Positions 20,811 through 30,861 of a stretch of DNA of 64,000 nt are shown here, one piece after another; the stretch's first letter is position 1; each line of letters starts with the position of its first letter. Origin of the DNA: an uncultured delta proteobacterium. GTDB taxonomy: Bacteria > Desulfobacterota > Desulfobacteria > Desulfobacterales > QNYZ01. Both the position numbers and the translations under genes were made by a program. The stretch spans positions 41,858 to 105,857 of the forward strand of contig CAWJQU010000015.1 of NCBI GenBank assembly GCA_963845145.1, in the 5' to 3' direction. Below the pieces are notes generated by a model that did not search any database, was not told the DNA's origin, and was given only the letters and a program-made list of their open reading frames with translations.

Positions 20811-21296
20811 TCAATCTCGATTACGCTTTTCGCGGCCAGAATTTCGATTCGGATAACGATTTTGATATGGATACATCGGCGAATACCACGGACCATAAGA
20901 CCACGGCAGCGGATGATACATGTACGGATACGGTGGTGGATATGGATACGGCATTACATACCCCGGTGGCGGTGGTGGTGGCGAATTGTTATCCGGATCT
21001 TCCAGCCAACGCTGGGTCTGTTCAAGTTCGTACCACAATCGATAAGCGGAGTACCGTCTTTGGCGCGTGGAAGACCAATAATCCCAATAGCGACGAAGGG
21101 CTTCGGCCATCTCACGGTCCCTTTCCTTTTCCGACCACAGCCGCAGCGCATCCCGACCCGCTTCATCCGGATAGGCCTTTTCTTTTCCATCGAATGGAAA
21201 AACCGGCTTTGAAATGATAGCCGAACCCAATATAATCAAAAGTGAAAAAATGAGGACCCCAACAGCGAACCGATTCTTCTTCTCACGGGCGAACAT
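20811..21296 (-). CDS. Small exported or membrane-anchored protein with Pro/Tyr-rich C-terminus
   Basis: RBS AAGGAG before ATG 21296; N-terminal hydrophobic helix; SPPPPPPGYVMPYPYPPPYPY. Confidence 0.72.
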   Translation of the reverse strand: MFAREKKNRFAVGVLIFSLLIILGSAIISKPVFPFDGKEKAYPDEAGRDALRLWSEKERDREMAEALRRYWDYWSSTRQRRYSAYRLWYELEQTQRWLEDPDNNSPPPPPPGYVMPYPYPPPYPYMYHPLPWSYGPWYSPMYPYQNRYPNRNSGREKRNRD

Positions 21297-21641
21297 GTCG
21301 ATCGCTCCTTGTCGTTGTTTTGTCGCTCGGGCTACCATGAGTCTTGTTTTCAGCAGATGGCGGAGAGAGATCGAGTCAAAATGCAGTTGGAAATTTTTTT
21401 GGCAGCTTATACTTACCAAACACCCACGCGGTGGATTTCCAGATAGCGTTGTAGCGGAAGACGGCAAACTTACCCAGCCGTAATATAGACCACATAACAG
21501 GAAAAAACCATTAAAAATATTACATGATGTCTCATTTTCGAAATCCCTTTAAATTTAGCTCTACTTTGCCGAAAAATATTCAGCCGCTTAAATTTGTTGT
21601 TGATTAGTCTTCCAGTGACGACGATTATCTGTTTTGAATAC

Positions 21642-21657
21642 AGCAATTCTTATGCCA
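21642..21657 (-). promoter_or_regulatory. Sigma54 (-24/-12) promoter pointing into the CsgG/large-protein operon
   Basis: Minus strand TGGCATAAGAATTGCT = GG-N10-GC; next to a sigma54 activator gene. Confidence 0.8.
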
Positions 21658-21914
21658 GTTGCAGAGGGGCAACTCGTGGATATTCCACTTAGGAAAAATA
21701 TTCGGATAAAAGCTAGTTTACAGGAAGCCCCTTCGCATTCAAACCACAAATAATTAAAGTTCTACTTTGCAAAATTTTCGTCATTTAATCCATTTTTTGG
21801 AATCGATCTATCATGTTAAATCCACATCGAATGTTCGGGGAAATACAAAATGCACATTCCAAATAGGGATGGATCGAAAATGGGGGGCTATCAGGATGGG
21901 AGGAACAACAGATT

Positions 21915-21962
21915 CGGTTGATATCCACCAGTTTCGGTGGTTGTGGTGGTGCATATGAACCA
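21915..21962. promoter_or_regulatory. Pair of 16-bp palindromic boxes, candidate upstream activator sites
   Basis: CGGTTGATATCCACCA (21915) and TGGTGCATATGAACCA (21947), 32 bp apart. Confidence 0.55.
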
Positions 21963-21997
21963 CTATCCGAATTGGTTTACGGTTTCTATGTGGGGAT

Positions 21998-23365
21998 TTA
22001 GTGCTGCTGAATGCCGAACTTCTTCAAACGGTAACGGAGGGTATTCCGTGTGACATTCAGCATTTTAGCGGCACGGCTTTGATTCCAGCCGGTCTGTTCA
22101 AGGGCATCTATGATCATCTGTTTTTCACGAGCCCGTAAATCAAAATGATTAAACTCGGTATTCGACCCGCCTTCTTTTACCATTTGGCAAATATGAGTGG
22201 GAACATCAGAAGAGGTCAAATTTTCACCCTTTAAATTTAATACGCATCGTTCCATGATATTGCGCAACTCTCGAATATTCCCCGGCCAAATGTATTGTTT
22301 CAATTGCTGAAGGCCATCAGGACGAATTTTGGGAGATTGACGTTCTAAACTTTGGGCATAATGATCAATAAAATAGCTACAAAGCTCAGGGATATCGTCA
22401 ACTCGATCGCGTAATGGCGGAACGTGAATCTGATAGGCATTAAGCCGGTAATAGAGATCACTTCTAAATTGAAAATTTGCCACCATGCTTGATAGATCTT
22501 GATTGGTAGCGGCAATAATTCTCACATCAACAAATTTTCGACCCACGACACCCACTGGTGAAACCGTTTTTTCCTCTACGGCATGCAAAAGCTTGGGTTG
22601 AAGAGTTAACGGCAGGTCCCCGATTTCATCCAAAAACAGGGTGCCGCCATCTGCTTTTTGGAAAGCACCGATCTGATCTTTTACAGCACCGGTAAAAGCT
22701 CCCTTGCGATGACCAAAAAGTTCAGATTCGAGGAGGTCTTTGGGAATGGCCGGACAGTTTATCTTAATAAATGGGCCTTTGGATCGATTGGACCTCGTGT
22801 GAATACCAATAGCCACCAACTCCTTACCAACGCCGGATTCACCGGTGATCAATACGGTCGTAGGGCTTTGTGCGACACGTTCCATCGCTTCACGAACTTT
22901 TTCGATGGCTACAGACGATCCGATCATGGAACCTTGGGTTAATGCCCACTCATTTTTTGAATGGCCTGCCCCCAATCTACTATTTCTCTCCGTATAATCG
23001 AGCGCTTTTTGTATAGCTTCTTCTACTTGTTCATTCATTAATGGCTTGGTAAGATAGTCGAAGGCGCCCTTTTTAACCGCATCCACTGCCGAATCGATCG
23101 ACCCGAAGGCGGTTAAAATAATCAGCGGCGTTTTGATTTTATTGCGATTTTTAAAATCGAGAACTTCCATACCATCTTTTCTAGGCATTTTCAGATCGGT
23201 GAGGACCACATCCGGGTGCCACTGTCGCCAAAGCATAATTCCCTCAACACCGTCTCGACCTGTTTTTACCATAAACCCTTTATCTTCAAGCATTAATTGC
23301 AGCAATCGACGCATTCTTGCTTCATCTTCGATGATTAGGATTTTAGCTTTCATAACGATTCTCAA
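21998..23365 (-). CDS. NtrC-family sigma54-dependent response regulator
   Basis: REC (DLKMP), GESGVGKE, GAFTGA, LFLDEIG, WPGNIREL, C-terminal HTH. Confidence 0.95.
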   Translation of the reverse strand: MRIVMKAKILIIEDEARMRRLLQLMLEDKGFMVKTGRDGVEGIMLWRQWHPDVVLTDLKMPRKDGMEVLDFKNRNKIKTPLIILTAFGSIDSAVDAVKKGAFDYLTKPLMNEQVEEAIQKALDYTERNSRLGAGHSKNEWALTQGSMIGSSVAIEKVREAMERVAQSPTTVLITGESGVGKELVAIGIHTRSNRSKGPFIKINCPAIPKDLLESELFGHRKGAFTGAVKDQIGAFQKADGGTLFLDEIGDLPLTLQPKLLHAVEEKTVSPVGVVGRKFVDVRIIAATNQDLSSMVANFQFRSDLYYRLNAYQIHVPPLRDRVDDIPELCSYFIDHYAQSLERQSPKIRPDGLQQLKQYIWPGNIRELRNIMERCVLNLKGENLTSSDVPTHICQMVKEGGSNTEFNHFDLRAREKQMIIDALEQTGWNQSRAAKMLNVTRNTLRYRLKKFGIQQH

Positions 23366-25923
23366 CCGACATTGTTCGCCTCCGCAGGAGCAACATTTTC
23401 ATTCATCGAGGATTTTTGTTTTTTAGGAAGAACAACCGTAACCGTTGCTCCCTCATCACTATTATTTTTCAGATTCAACGTTCCGCTGTGGGCCTGTATA
23501 ATTTGCCGACACAATGAGAGCCCCAATCCCAGGCCCTTATCCTTTGTTGTAAAAAACTTGCGAAATAGATGTGCGGCATTTTCTTTAGCAATTCCCATGC
23601 CGGTATCTTTTATAAAAATCTTCACTGAATTTTTTCGTTGTGTTTCAGCGGCCTGGATAAAAATGAAACCCGCGTCCGTAAAAGCCTCCTCACTATTCCG
23701 AATAAGGTTGACGAGGAGCTGAGAAAGCTGTTTTTTATCTCCTACAATTGTCAGGGGATCCACTGAATATTGTCGGACAATGGTGACATCAGGACGATGG
23801 TCATGCCCACTTTCCCAACGATTTAGCATAATATTCATCATATTGATCAGATCGAATCGTTCAAACGTTGGTTTGTTATATCCGGAAAGTCCCAACATAT
23901 TTGAGAACACTAGATTTAATGTGTCGGCCTCGTCGACAATATACTCCAGTAACTCCTGATGCGTTTTGTGATCTCTTGGTTTTGAGACCAGGTATTGCGC
24001 CGAGCTTCTGATAATTGCCAGGGGGTTTTTAATCTCGTGAGCCAGCATTGATGCCATTTCACCGATATTGGCAAGTTTCTCCGATCGAATCAATTTTTTG
24101 TACATATTATGGATTCTGCTTCGGCTCTCGGTTAATGCTTCATAGATAAGTGTATTTTCCAAGGCAAGGGCTGCTTGATTGGATAGCGTTTTAAAAACCC
24201 TGATTTCCCTTTCCGTATACACTCGATTATTTTGTTTCAAACCTAAAAAAAGAACGCCCACCAGATTCCGGCCTGATTTCAGCCCAAGAATGAGGACATA
24301 TCCAAGGCCGTAAATATCCGCTATCGCGGCTGCCAGTTTCGAATCGGATTGAGATTGGTATATAGACAGATCGGAACGAATATTTTCCAGATAATGAAGC
24401 AATACCCCTGCGGAACGCGGCAGACGCTCCGGTGCCGATTCACTTGAAAACGTACGGCGCCATCCCTTTTTTATAACCTCAATCGCCACCTTTTCGACCT
24501 TGAAGGTTTGTCGAAGATCTCCAGTTAAAAGCGCCGCCAGATCATCTATTTTCATGACTGTCGTCAGGCGACGGCTAAATGGCTGCAACAATCTCGTCAC
24601 ATCGATTCGATTAGGGAAAAGAAAACGATCAATCGTGAATTGTATCCGGCTGCGGATGGGATTAAGAAAAAAGACAACCAAAACCAGAAGTGGAAAAATA
24701 ATATGCTGGGCCTGAAACCCGACCACTCTGTTAAAAAATGAAAGTAAAACAGCATAAAAAAAATAAAGCGTGATGATGAGAATAAAGTAGGCCAAACTGG
24801 TACTCAGTGCCTCATCAATCTCTAACAACCGATACCGGATCATAACGTATAAAAATGCCAGCGGTAGCGATAAGCCCCCCAAAACTACCAGACGAAAAGT
24901 TATCAGGGGGTAGCCCCATAAAAGACTGGGAAGTAGATATAAGAAAACGTAAGGTCCCAGACCGAACCATGTGGCGATTAGCGGAATCCTCAGCTGATTT
25001 TTCACAACCTTCGAACGGGTCATATAATAATCGCTTACATGTTTGCCGTAGGCCGCGAAGATGATAAAGGGCACATGCCAACGTCGAAAACGCTGAATCC
25101 CCCCCCAAAAATCCATAGACGGTCCTGATGCAATATATGCAGCCACCACTGACACTATCGGAGGTAGAAGATAAATGGCCGTGATAGCCCAGGGCCGACC
25201 GACAAGAAGCTGGCGATCGACAGGAAAATTAAAGCAGTAATGCGCCCAGGCGCTGAACATCACCCAGTTACCAATCGCTAAAAGAATAAACGATGCCGAC
25301 ATGATCATGGGATGCAACTGGCCTAAGTCGAAGGATATTTGACTGGCAATGATCATAGCACAGGCGGTTAGGGCCATAAAAAAAGAGCTTGCCGGCTGCT
25401 CCGGGGGAGATAGCAGCACGGCGGTAAGCGAACATATGATCAGAGTGACAATGAGTAAGTAATTGGGCCATAGGTCTTTCAATAGGGTGGCCCAACCAAT
25501 CTTTTCAAATTGGATTGGAATGGATAATTGTGCGCCATCTCTTTCTATAATGGCTTTCCTCGAATGTCCTACCGGTTGCTGTTGGAAAAAAATATATCCA
25601 AGAAAATGGTGATACGAAAGGCCAAAAACGCGTTTAATACGATCTCCCTCACGGAATGTATTTATCGGGGCATCTATCGTGTTGATAACGAAACTATCAT
25701 TGGTGGGCGTTAGCCGGAACCCAGGCGTCCCATGGTGAATAATATGTACCGATAAAACGATGGCCCATATGACGGGGATAAACGCCCCCAGAATATAAAA
25801 TAATAGCCGCCCTTTCATCGGTTCGCCGGCCCATGATGTTTTTTTCCTTAAAAATGGTACCGATAATTTTTTTGGCATGATTGAGTTGGGCACTCGCTGA
25901 AAATTCCAATCGCTGAAATTCAT
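23362..25923 (-). CDS. Multi-TM sensor histidine kinase (PDZ-like loop, GAF, HisKA, HATPase)
   Basis: Many TM helices; GAF-end motif FKTLSNQAALALEN; LAHEIKNPL; DTGMG; GLGLGL; the true start may be MKGRLL near 25818. Confidence 0.92.
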   Translation of the reverse strand: MNFSDWNFQRVPNSIMPKKLSVPFLRKKTSWAGEPMKGRLLFYILGAFIPVIWAIVLSVHIIHHGTPGFRLTPTNDSFVINTIDAPINTFREGDRIKRVFGLSYHHFLGYIFFQQQPVGHSRKAIIERDGAQLSIPIQFEKIGWATLLKDLWPNYLLIVTLIICSLTAVLLSPPEQPASSFFMALTACAMIIASQISFDLGQLHPMIMSASFILLAIGNWVMFSAWAHYCFNFPVDRQLLVGRPWAITAIYLLPPIVSVVAAYIASGPSMDFWGGIQRFRRWHVPFIIFAAYGKHVSDYYMTRSKVVKNQLRIPLIATWFGLGPYVFLYLLPSLLWGYPLITFRLVVLGGLSLPLAFLYVMIRYRLLEIDEALSTSLAYFILIITLYFFYAVLLSFFNRVVGFQAQHIIFPLLVLVVFFLNPIRSRIQFTIDRFLFPNRIDVTRLLQPFSRRLTTVMKIDDLAALLTGDLRQTFKVEKVAIEVIKKGWRRTFSSESAPERLPRSAGVLLHYLENIRSDLSIYQSQSDSKLAAAIADIYGLGYVLILGLKSGRNLVGVLFLGLKQNNRVYTEREIRVFKTLSNQAALALENTLIYEALTESRSRIHNMYKKLIRSEKLANIGEMASMLAHEIKNPLAIIRSSAQYLVSKPRDHKTHQELLEYIVDEADTLNLVFSNMLGLSGYNKPTFERFDLINMMNIMLNRWESGHDHRPDVTIVRQYSVDPLTIVGDKKQLSQLLVNLIRNSEEAFTDAGFIFIQAAETQRKNSVKIFIKDTGMGIAKENAAHLFRKFFTTKDKGLGLGLSLCRQIIQAHSGTLNLKNNSDEGATVTVVLPKKQKSSMNENVAPAEANNVG

Positions 25924-26095
25924 AGGTTGTTAAACGAAAAATGAATATCTCAAATGGCGCATGGGGTGTCAATGATGATACTTTTTGATGTTTATTCATA
26001 AAAACATGCTTTGAGAAGAGTTTCCTTTCGAATAGATGGATATTATGATAACCTGTTTCTGTCCTAAAAAATCTGATTAAAGAGTGCAATACTAA

Positions 26096-26788
26096 ATGAC
26101 CAATTCGATCTTTTTAAATCCGACAACCATTATTGATAGTGATCATCCACGGGTTCAAGATCTCGCTGACACACTGACAAAAAGTGTTGGTACCAGCCAA
26201 ATAGAGCAGGCGAAGGCCCTATTTTATTGGGTTCGAGACGAAATCCGTTATGATCCATACACTGCGTTTTATCGACCCGAGCACTTTCGGGCCAGCGATG
26301 TTATTGAAAGAGGACGAGGCTTTTGCATCCCCAAGGCCTCCTTGCTTTGTGCACTGGGCCGCGCCTGTGGCATTCCCTCGCGGGTCGGGTTTGCCACGGT
26401 ACGCAATCACCTGGCCACACGAGAACTTATTGATATGCTTGGCTGTGACCTGTTTTCCTGGCATGGATTTGTGGAATTTTATCTTAACGAGCAATGGTTC
26501 AAGGCCACGCCTACTTTTAATATCGAATTATGCCGAAAGTTCAATGTCCGCCCACTGGATTTTAATGGCCAGGAAGATTCCATTTTCCATGAATACAGCC
26601 AGGACAAAAAGAAATTTATGGAGTATGTTGAATTTTTGGGAGTATACGCAGACATACCGGTTAACAAAATAGTGGCAGGCTGGAAAGTGACCTACGGCGA
26701 GAAACGAGTAATGCAATGGATTGATGAATTGGAAAAAACCGGCGGCCGAACGTGGCGACAATTTATGGATGAGGAACCGGTTGGATGA
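26096..26788 (+). CDS. Transglutaminase-like protein
   Basis: VRDEIRYDPY; GFCIPKA...RACGIPSRVGFA; WHGFVE. Confidence 0.88.
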   Translation: MTNSIFLNPTTIIDSDHPRVQDLADTLTKSVGTSQIEQAKALFYWVRDEIRYDPYTAFYRPEHFRASDVIERGRGFCIPKASLLCALGRACGIPSRVGFATVRNHLATRELIDMLGCDLFSWHGFVEFYLNEQWFKATPTFNIELCRKFNVRPLDFNGQEDSIFHEYSQDKKKFMEYVEFLGVYADIPVNKIVAGWKVTYGEKRVMQWIDELEKTGGRTWRQFMDEEPVG

Positions 26789-27672
26789 AAAAGAATACAA
26801 TTAAAATCGGGCGCAACGAGTTCTGCCCCTGCGGTAGTGGTAAAAAATATAAAAGATGTTGTGGCAGTGCTGGGAAGCGAAAAACATCTACTGAGGCGGA
26901 ACAATATGCCCGCCAGCACAACATTCGGCTAAAAACCCCGGCCGAGGTCGAAATGATGCGGAGAGCGGGCCTTTTGGCGCTTGAGACGCTTGAAAAGGTC
27001 GAGGCAATTATAAAGCCGGGGATCACTACGGACGATATCAATACCCTGGTTCACGACCATACCCTGGCGTCACATGCGCGCCCTGCCCCGCTCAATTACC
27101 GCGGGTTTCCCAAAAGTGTGTGCGTGTCGGTCAATGAGGTGATTTGTCACGGCATTCCGGGACCGCGGGTGTTAGAGGAGGGGGATATCGTTAATGTCGA
27201 TGTTACCCCGATATTGAACGATCTCTATGCCGATGCCAATAAGATGTTTTTCGTGGGAACACCCAGTCCGGATGCGGTAAAAATCGTCGATGTTGCCCGA
27301 CGATGCCTAAAAGCAGGTATCGCCATCGTTCGACCAGGGAATACCATTGGAGACATCGGTTGGGCCATTCAGGAGATTGCCGAGGGCGAGGGGTGCAGCG
27401 TGGTCAGAGAATTCGTTGGGCATGGCGTTGGGTTTGAGTTTCACGAACCGCCCCAGGTCCCCCACTTCGGTCAACCCGGCGCCGGAATCAAGCTGGTGCC
27501 AGGGATGGTGTTTACCATCGAACCCATGATCAACCTGGGCGGCCGATACTTGAAGATTTTGGACGACCAGTGGACAGCCATCACCGCCGACGGCTCACTA
27601 TCGGCACAATTCGAACAAACCGTCCTGGTTACAGAAACCGGCGTCGAGAGCCTGACGCCGTTTGAGCTATAA
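26785..27672 (+). CDS. map: Type I methionine aminopeptidase with N-terminal SEC-C motif
   Basis: GRNEFCPCGSGKKYKRCC; CVSVNEVICHGIP; GHGVG; FTIEPMIN; SAQFEQT. Confidence 0.95.
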   Translation: MKKNTIKIGRNEFCPCGSGKKYKRCCGSAGKRKTSTEAEQYARQHNIRLKTPAEVEMMRRAGLLALETLEKVEAIIKPGITTDDINTLVHDHTLASHARPAPLNYRGFPKSVCVSVNEVICHGIPGPRVLEEGDIVNVDVTPILNDLYADANKMFFVGTPSPDAVKIVDVARRCLKAGIAIVRPGNTIGDIGWAIQEIAEGEGCSVVREFVGHGVGFEFHEPPQVPHFGQPGAGIKLVPGMVFTIEPMINLGGRYLKILDDQWTAITADGSLSAQFEQTVLVTETGVESLTPFEL

Positions 27673-28476
27673 ACGATAAATCTCAGGTCGGCGGTTTGGC
27701 AGGAAATATCGCATCCGATGTGAGCGTACAGCTTTCAGATCGGCGGCCTTAAAATCGGCGAATAACAGCCCCTCCCGATTCTCCAGATATTTTTCGATCA
27801 CATTTCCCGAAGGTCCGATGGCAACCGCCAGCCCTGCAAAAGATAGCCCCAGTCCGTTTTCGCCATAGGGGTTACAGGCCACAAGATAGATGCTGTTGTC
27901 AAAGGCCCGGGCAGGTAAATGGCGCATCCAGGAGGCAAACTTTTTCTCCGGTGTCACACGCGGAGAGGCGTGCGGAATAAAAATGACTTCTGCCCCGGCC
28001 AGAGCCATCTGGGTGGACAACTCGGGGAAGTGGGCATCATAACAGAGCTGAACACCAAATTTGATACCCGCTGCGTTAAAAATGGGAATGTCCGAACCAG
28101 GCGTTAGTTCAGCCTGTTCGGGAGGTGCGAGATGTAATTTACGATAACACTGAACCGCTCCTTGCGGTGTTACCACCAGATGCGTGGCGAAAATGCGATT
28201 TTTATGATCACGTTCCGCCATCCCGGCCAGAATGACCATTTGGGTAGCTTTGGCCGTCTCCATAAGACGTGTGGGAATATCGCCCGGAAAGGGCTGCGCC
28301 ACTCGACGGATATCGGGTCTGCTCGTGTAACCGGTAATGCTCAACTCTGGAAAGCAGATCAGCGCCGCGCCCTTTTTGTGAGCCCGATCACAATATCGAT
28401 CCATACGATCCAAATTCTCTTCAATGTCACCGACTGGGGAAGAGACCACAGCGGCGGCAATGCGAATATCTTTCAT
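27667..28476 (-). CDS. Nitrilase-family carbon-nitrogen hydrolase
   Basis: Catalytic triad motifs FPEL, YRKLHL, LCYD; start set at MKDIRI. Confidence 0.9.
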   Translation of the reverse strand: MKDIRIAAAVVSSPVGDIEENLDRMDRYCDRAHKKGAALICFPELSITGYTSRPDIRRVAQPFPGDIPTRLMETAKATQMVILAGMAERDHKNRIFATHLVVTPQGAVQCYRKLHLAPPEQAELTPGSDIPIFNAAGIKFGVQLCYDAHFPELSTQMALAGAEVIFIPHASPRVTPEKKFASWMRHLPARAFDNSIYLVACNPYGENGLGLSFAGLAVAIGPSGNVIEKYLENREGLLFADFKAADLKAVRSHRMRYFLPNRRPEIYRL

Positions 28477-28596
28477 ATCTGCTATCGAAATCCCAATGAT
28501 GCCGAAACGGTAAAAAAGAGTTACTTGCTTCAGTGAGCGAAGGCGCCACCACAAGGCGGCCCGAAATTGGAACCGGAATCGACCCTATGGCCATGG

Positions 28597-29067
28597 TCAC
28601 ACGGAGAATTCAGCCTTTATCTTAAATACATGCGTTGCGGGAAGATTGAGTATGGTGGTGATTCCGGTCTTTTGGGAAATCTCAGCCAGATTGGCCTCAA
28701 TCTCCGCCATGGAAGGCGCGATAAACGTGAACCAGACATTGTATTCGTTGTCACGCTGGTAGTTATGGGTGACCCCCCGGTACCGATTTACCGCCGCTGC
28801 GAACGAATCGATTTTTTCAGGGGGTACTTTGGCGGCACAAAGGGTACTGACATGATTCAGTTTGTGGGGCACAAAATTACCCCCGATTCGCCGAATAAAC
28901 CCCTCTTTTTTCAACCGCTTCATGGATACAATGACCTGGTTTTCCGTCAAATTCAGCTCATCCGCAATGGCAGCAAAGGGGCGAGGAGATAAGGGAAAAT
29001 CGGATTGAACGCGATTTAAGATTGCGCGATCAACACCATCTAAAGGCTGTTTGTTCTGATCAGTCAT
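28597..29067 (-). CDS. ahbA: Siroheme decarboxylase subunit (Lrp/AsnC-like, AhbA/NirD type)
   Basis: QSDFPLSPRPF; IRRIGGNF; STLCAAKVP; GVTHNYQR; YNVWFT. Confidence 0.8.
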   Translation of the reverse strand: MTDQNKQPLDGVDRAILNRVQSDFPLSPRPFAAIADELNLTENQVIVSMKRLKKEGFIRRIGGNFVPHKLNHVSTLCAAKVPPEKIDSFAAAVNRYRGVTHNYQRDNEYNVWFTFIAPSMAEIEANLAEISQKTGITTILNLPATHVFKIKAEFSV

Positions 29068-29462
29068 TATCCCTCGAGTATACGAATATTGACCTTGCGG
29101 GACCGCGGTCCATCAAACTCGCAAAAAAATAACCCCTGCCAGGTCCCCATTATTAGCCGATTGTCCTTGACCTCGATCCATTCCGAGGCACCCACCACAG
29201 TCGACTTGATATGCGCCGCCGAGTTACCCTCCAAGTGATCGTATCCGGCATCCCATGGCACGACGTCGTTTAACACCTTAAGGATATCCGCCTTGACGCT
29301 CGGGTCGGCGCTTTCATTGATAGTCACTGCCGCCGTGGTATGGGGTACATAAACGAAACAGAACCCGTTCACCATTGACCCGGACTTGCTCAGAAGCCGG
29401 TTTACCTCGCCGGTAATATCGACAAATTCCGTCTTGGCATTGGTTTTTAGAGATAGAATCAT
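29067..29462 (-). CDS. yjbQ: YjbQ/UPF0047 family protein
   Basis: PHTTAAVTINE; EGNSAAHIKS; GTWQGLFFCEFDGPR. Confidence 0.92.
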   Translation of the reverse strand: MILSLKTNAKTEFVDITGEVNRLLSKSGSMVNGFCFVYVPHTTAAVTINESADPSVKADILKVLNDVVPWDAGYDHLEGNSAAHIKSTVVGASEWIEVKDNRLIMGTWQGLFFCEFDGPRSRKVNIRILEG

Positions 29463-29485
29463 TGTCTCATGCGCCTGTCAGACAC

Positions 29486-29524
29486 AAAAAAAAGCCCCCC
29501 GGCTTTCGCCGTGGGGCTTTTTTT
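29486..29524. terminator. Intrinsic terminator downstream of dsrC (bidirectional-type)
   Basis: A8-GCCCCCCGGC-TTTC-GCCGTGGGGC-T7. Confidence 0.85.
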
Positions 29525-29549
29525 AAATAAAATGAAAGCCACCGGTGAC

Positions 29550-29867
29550 TTAAACGCACCCGGTCGGTTTGGGAAGACCAGCCATTTTACAAGCGCCTTT
29601 TCCCGGTCCTGACGGAAACAGTTCGTAAATATGCTTCAGTTTAAACCCGGTCACTTTGGATAACACCCGCACCATCGGAGCGATCCCGTTTTTCTCATAG
29701 TACTCTTGGAGAACCTGGATGACTTTTGTGTGCTCATCACTTAATTCCTCGATCCCTTCTTCCTTTTTAACATGCTGAACCCACTCTTGGGACCAATTTG
29801 AATAATCATCAATGAAACCATCTTCATCTACGACGAACGTTTTTCCATTAAATTCTACTTCCGGCAT
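29550..29867 (-). CDS. dsrC: Dissimilatory sulfite reductase partner protein DsrC
   Basis: VDEDGFI; LFPSGPGKGACKMAGLPKPTGCV, i.e. both C-terminal cysteines (C-X10-C). Confidence 0.95.
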   Translation of the reverse strand: MPEVEFNGKTFVVDEDGFIDDYSNWSQEWVQHVKKEEGIEELSDEHTKVIQVLQEYYEKNGIAPMVRVLSKVTGFKLKHIYELFPSGPGKGACKMAGLPKPTGCV

Positions 29868-29985
29868 TTAAAAACCTCCTTATGAATAAAAATTATCACC
29901 TGAACATCTCAAAAAGTATCTTTGCTTATTAAATTTTGTCAACTACCGAATCCAACCATCGTTGTCAACATGAAAATAAAAATAC

Positions 29986-30822
29986 TTAATATTCCTTCGG
30001 CATCCGCTCCAATTGGGCCAAGGTGAATACCGGTCCATCCTTACACACAAAATGGCGCCCGACATTGCACCGACCGCACATGCCGATACCACATTTCATC
30101 CGATTTTCCAAAGAAAGAATGATATTTTTTTTATTATATCCAAGATTTTGCAGAACCGGTAATGTAAATTTAATCATAATGGGGGGGCCACAGACAATGG
30201 CATAGGTATCATCATCACCATGAGGTGCGACCTCTTGGGCAATATTGGGTCCCAGCCCCACGTGATAATTCCAGTCCGGCGCCTCCCGGTCAATGGTTAG
30301 GTGGATATTAATGTCATCCCTTTTTTCCCATTCAACCAGTTCATCTTTGTAGAGCAGCATCCCCGGTGTCCGTGCACCGTATACAACAGTAATGTCTCCA
30401 AACCGGTCCCGATTGGCAAACATATGGATAATGGACGCCCTCAAGGTGGTAAATGCAAAGCCGCCACCGATAATGAGCAGGTTTTTGCCTTCCAACGTAT
30501 CCCACGGGAACCAGTTACCCAGGGGACCGCGAATGCCCATGACATCCCCTTTAGCCATGGCATGCAAGTGCGATGAAACCAGGCCCACCTTGTTTACCGT
30601 AAACTTGACAAATCCTTTTTCCGAGGGGGACGACGCAATGCCGATAGGAATCTCGCCTTTGCCCGCAATGGAAAGCTCGGCAAATTGGCCGGCCTTGTAG
30701 TCAAACCGTTTTTCATCTTCGGCATTTAAAAAAACGAATTTGAAGGTTTTTAGGTTTTTATCCTCGGTCTCGGTAATGATCTCGTCAATTCGCACCGGAT
30801 AGGGTAGATATGGGTTTTGCAC
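29986..30822 (-). CDS. flxA: FAD/NAD(P)-binding flavoprotein with 2Fe-2S (FlxA/AsrB-like)
   Basis: GQFAELS; GIRGPLGN; CGPPIM; ENRMKCGIGMCGRC...VCKDGPVF. Confidence 0.85.
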   Translation of the reverse strand: MQNPYLPYPVRIDEIITETEDKNLKTFKFVFLNAEDEKRFDYKAGQFAELSIAGKGEIPIGIASSPSEKGFVKFTVNKVGLVSSHLHAMAKGDVMGIRGPLGNWFPWDTLEGKNLLIIGGGFAFTTLRASIIHMFANRDRFGDITVVYGARTPGMLLYKDELVEWEKRDDINIHLTIDREAPDWNYHVGLGPNIAQEVAPHGDDDTYAIVCGPPIMIKFTLPVLQNLGYNKKNIILSLENRMKCGIGMCGRCNVGRHFVCKDGPVFTLAQLERMPKEY

Positions 30823-30861
30823 GATCTTTTACTCCTTCATACGATACAGCTACTGTGGTTA

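Noticed and set aside
26785..27672. SEC-C/Map fusion as a novelty
   Set aside because: This is a familiar architecture for methionine aminopeptidases in anaerobic bacteria
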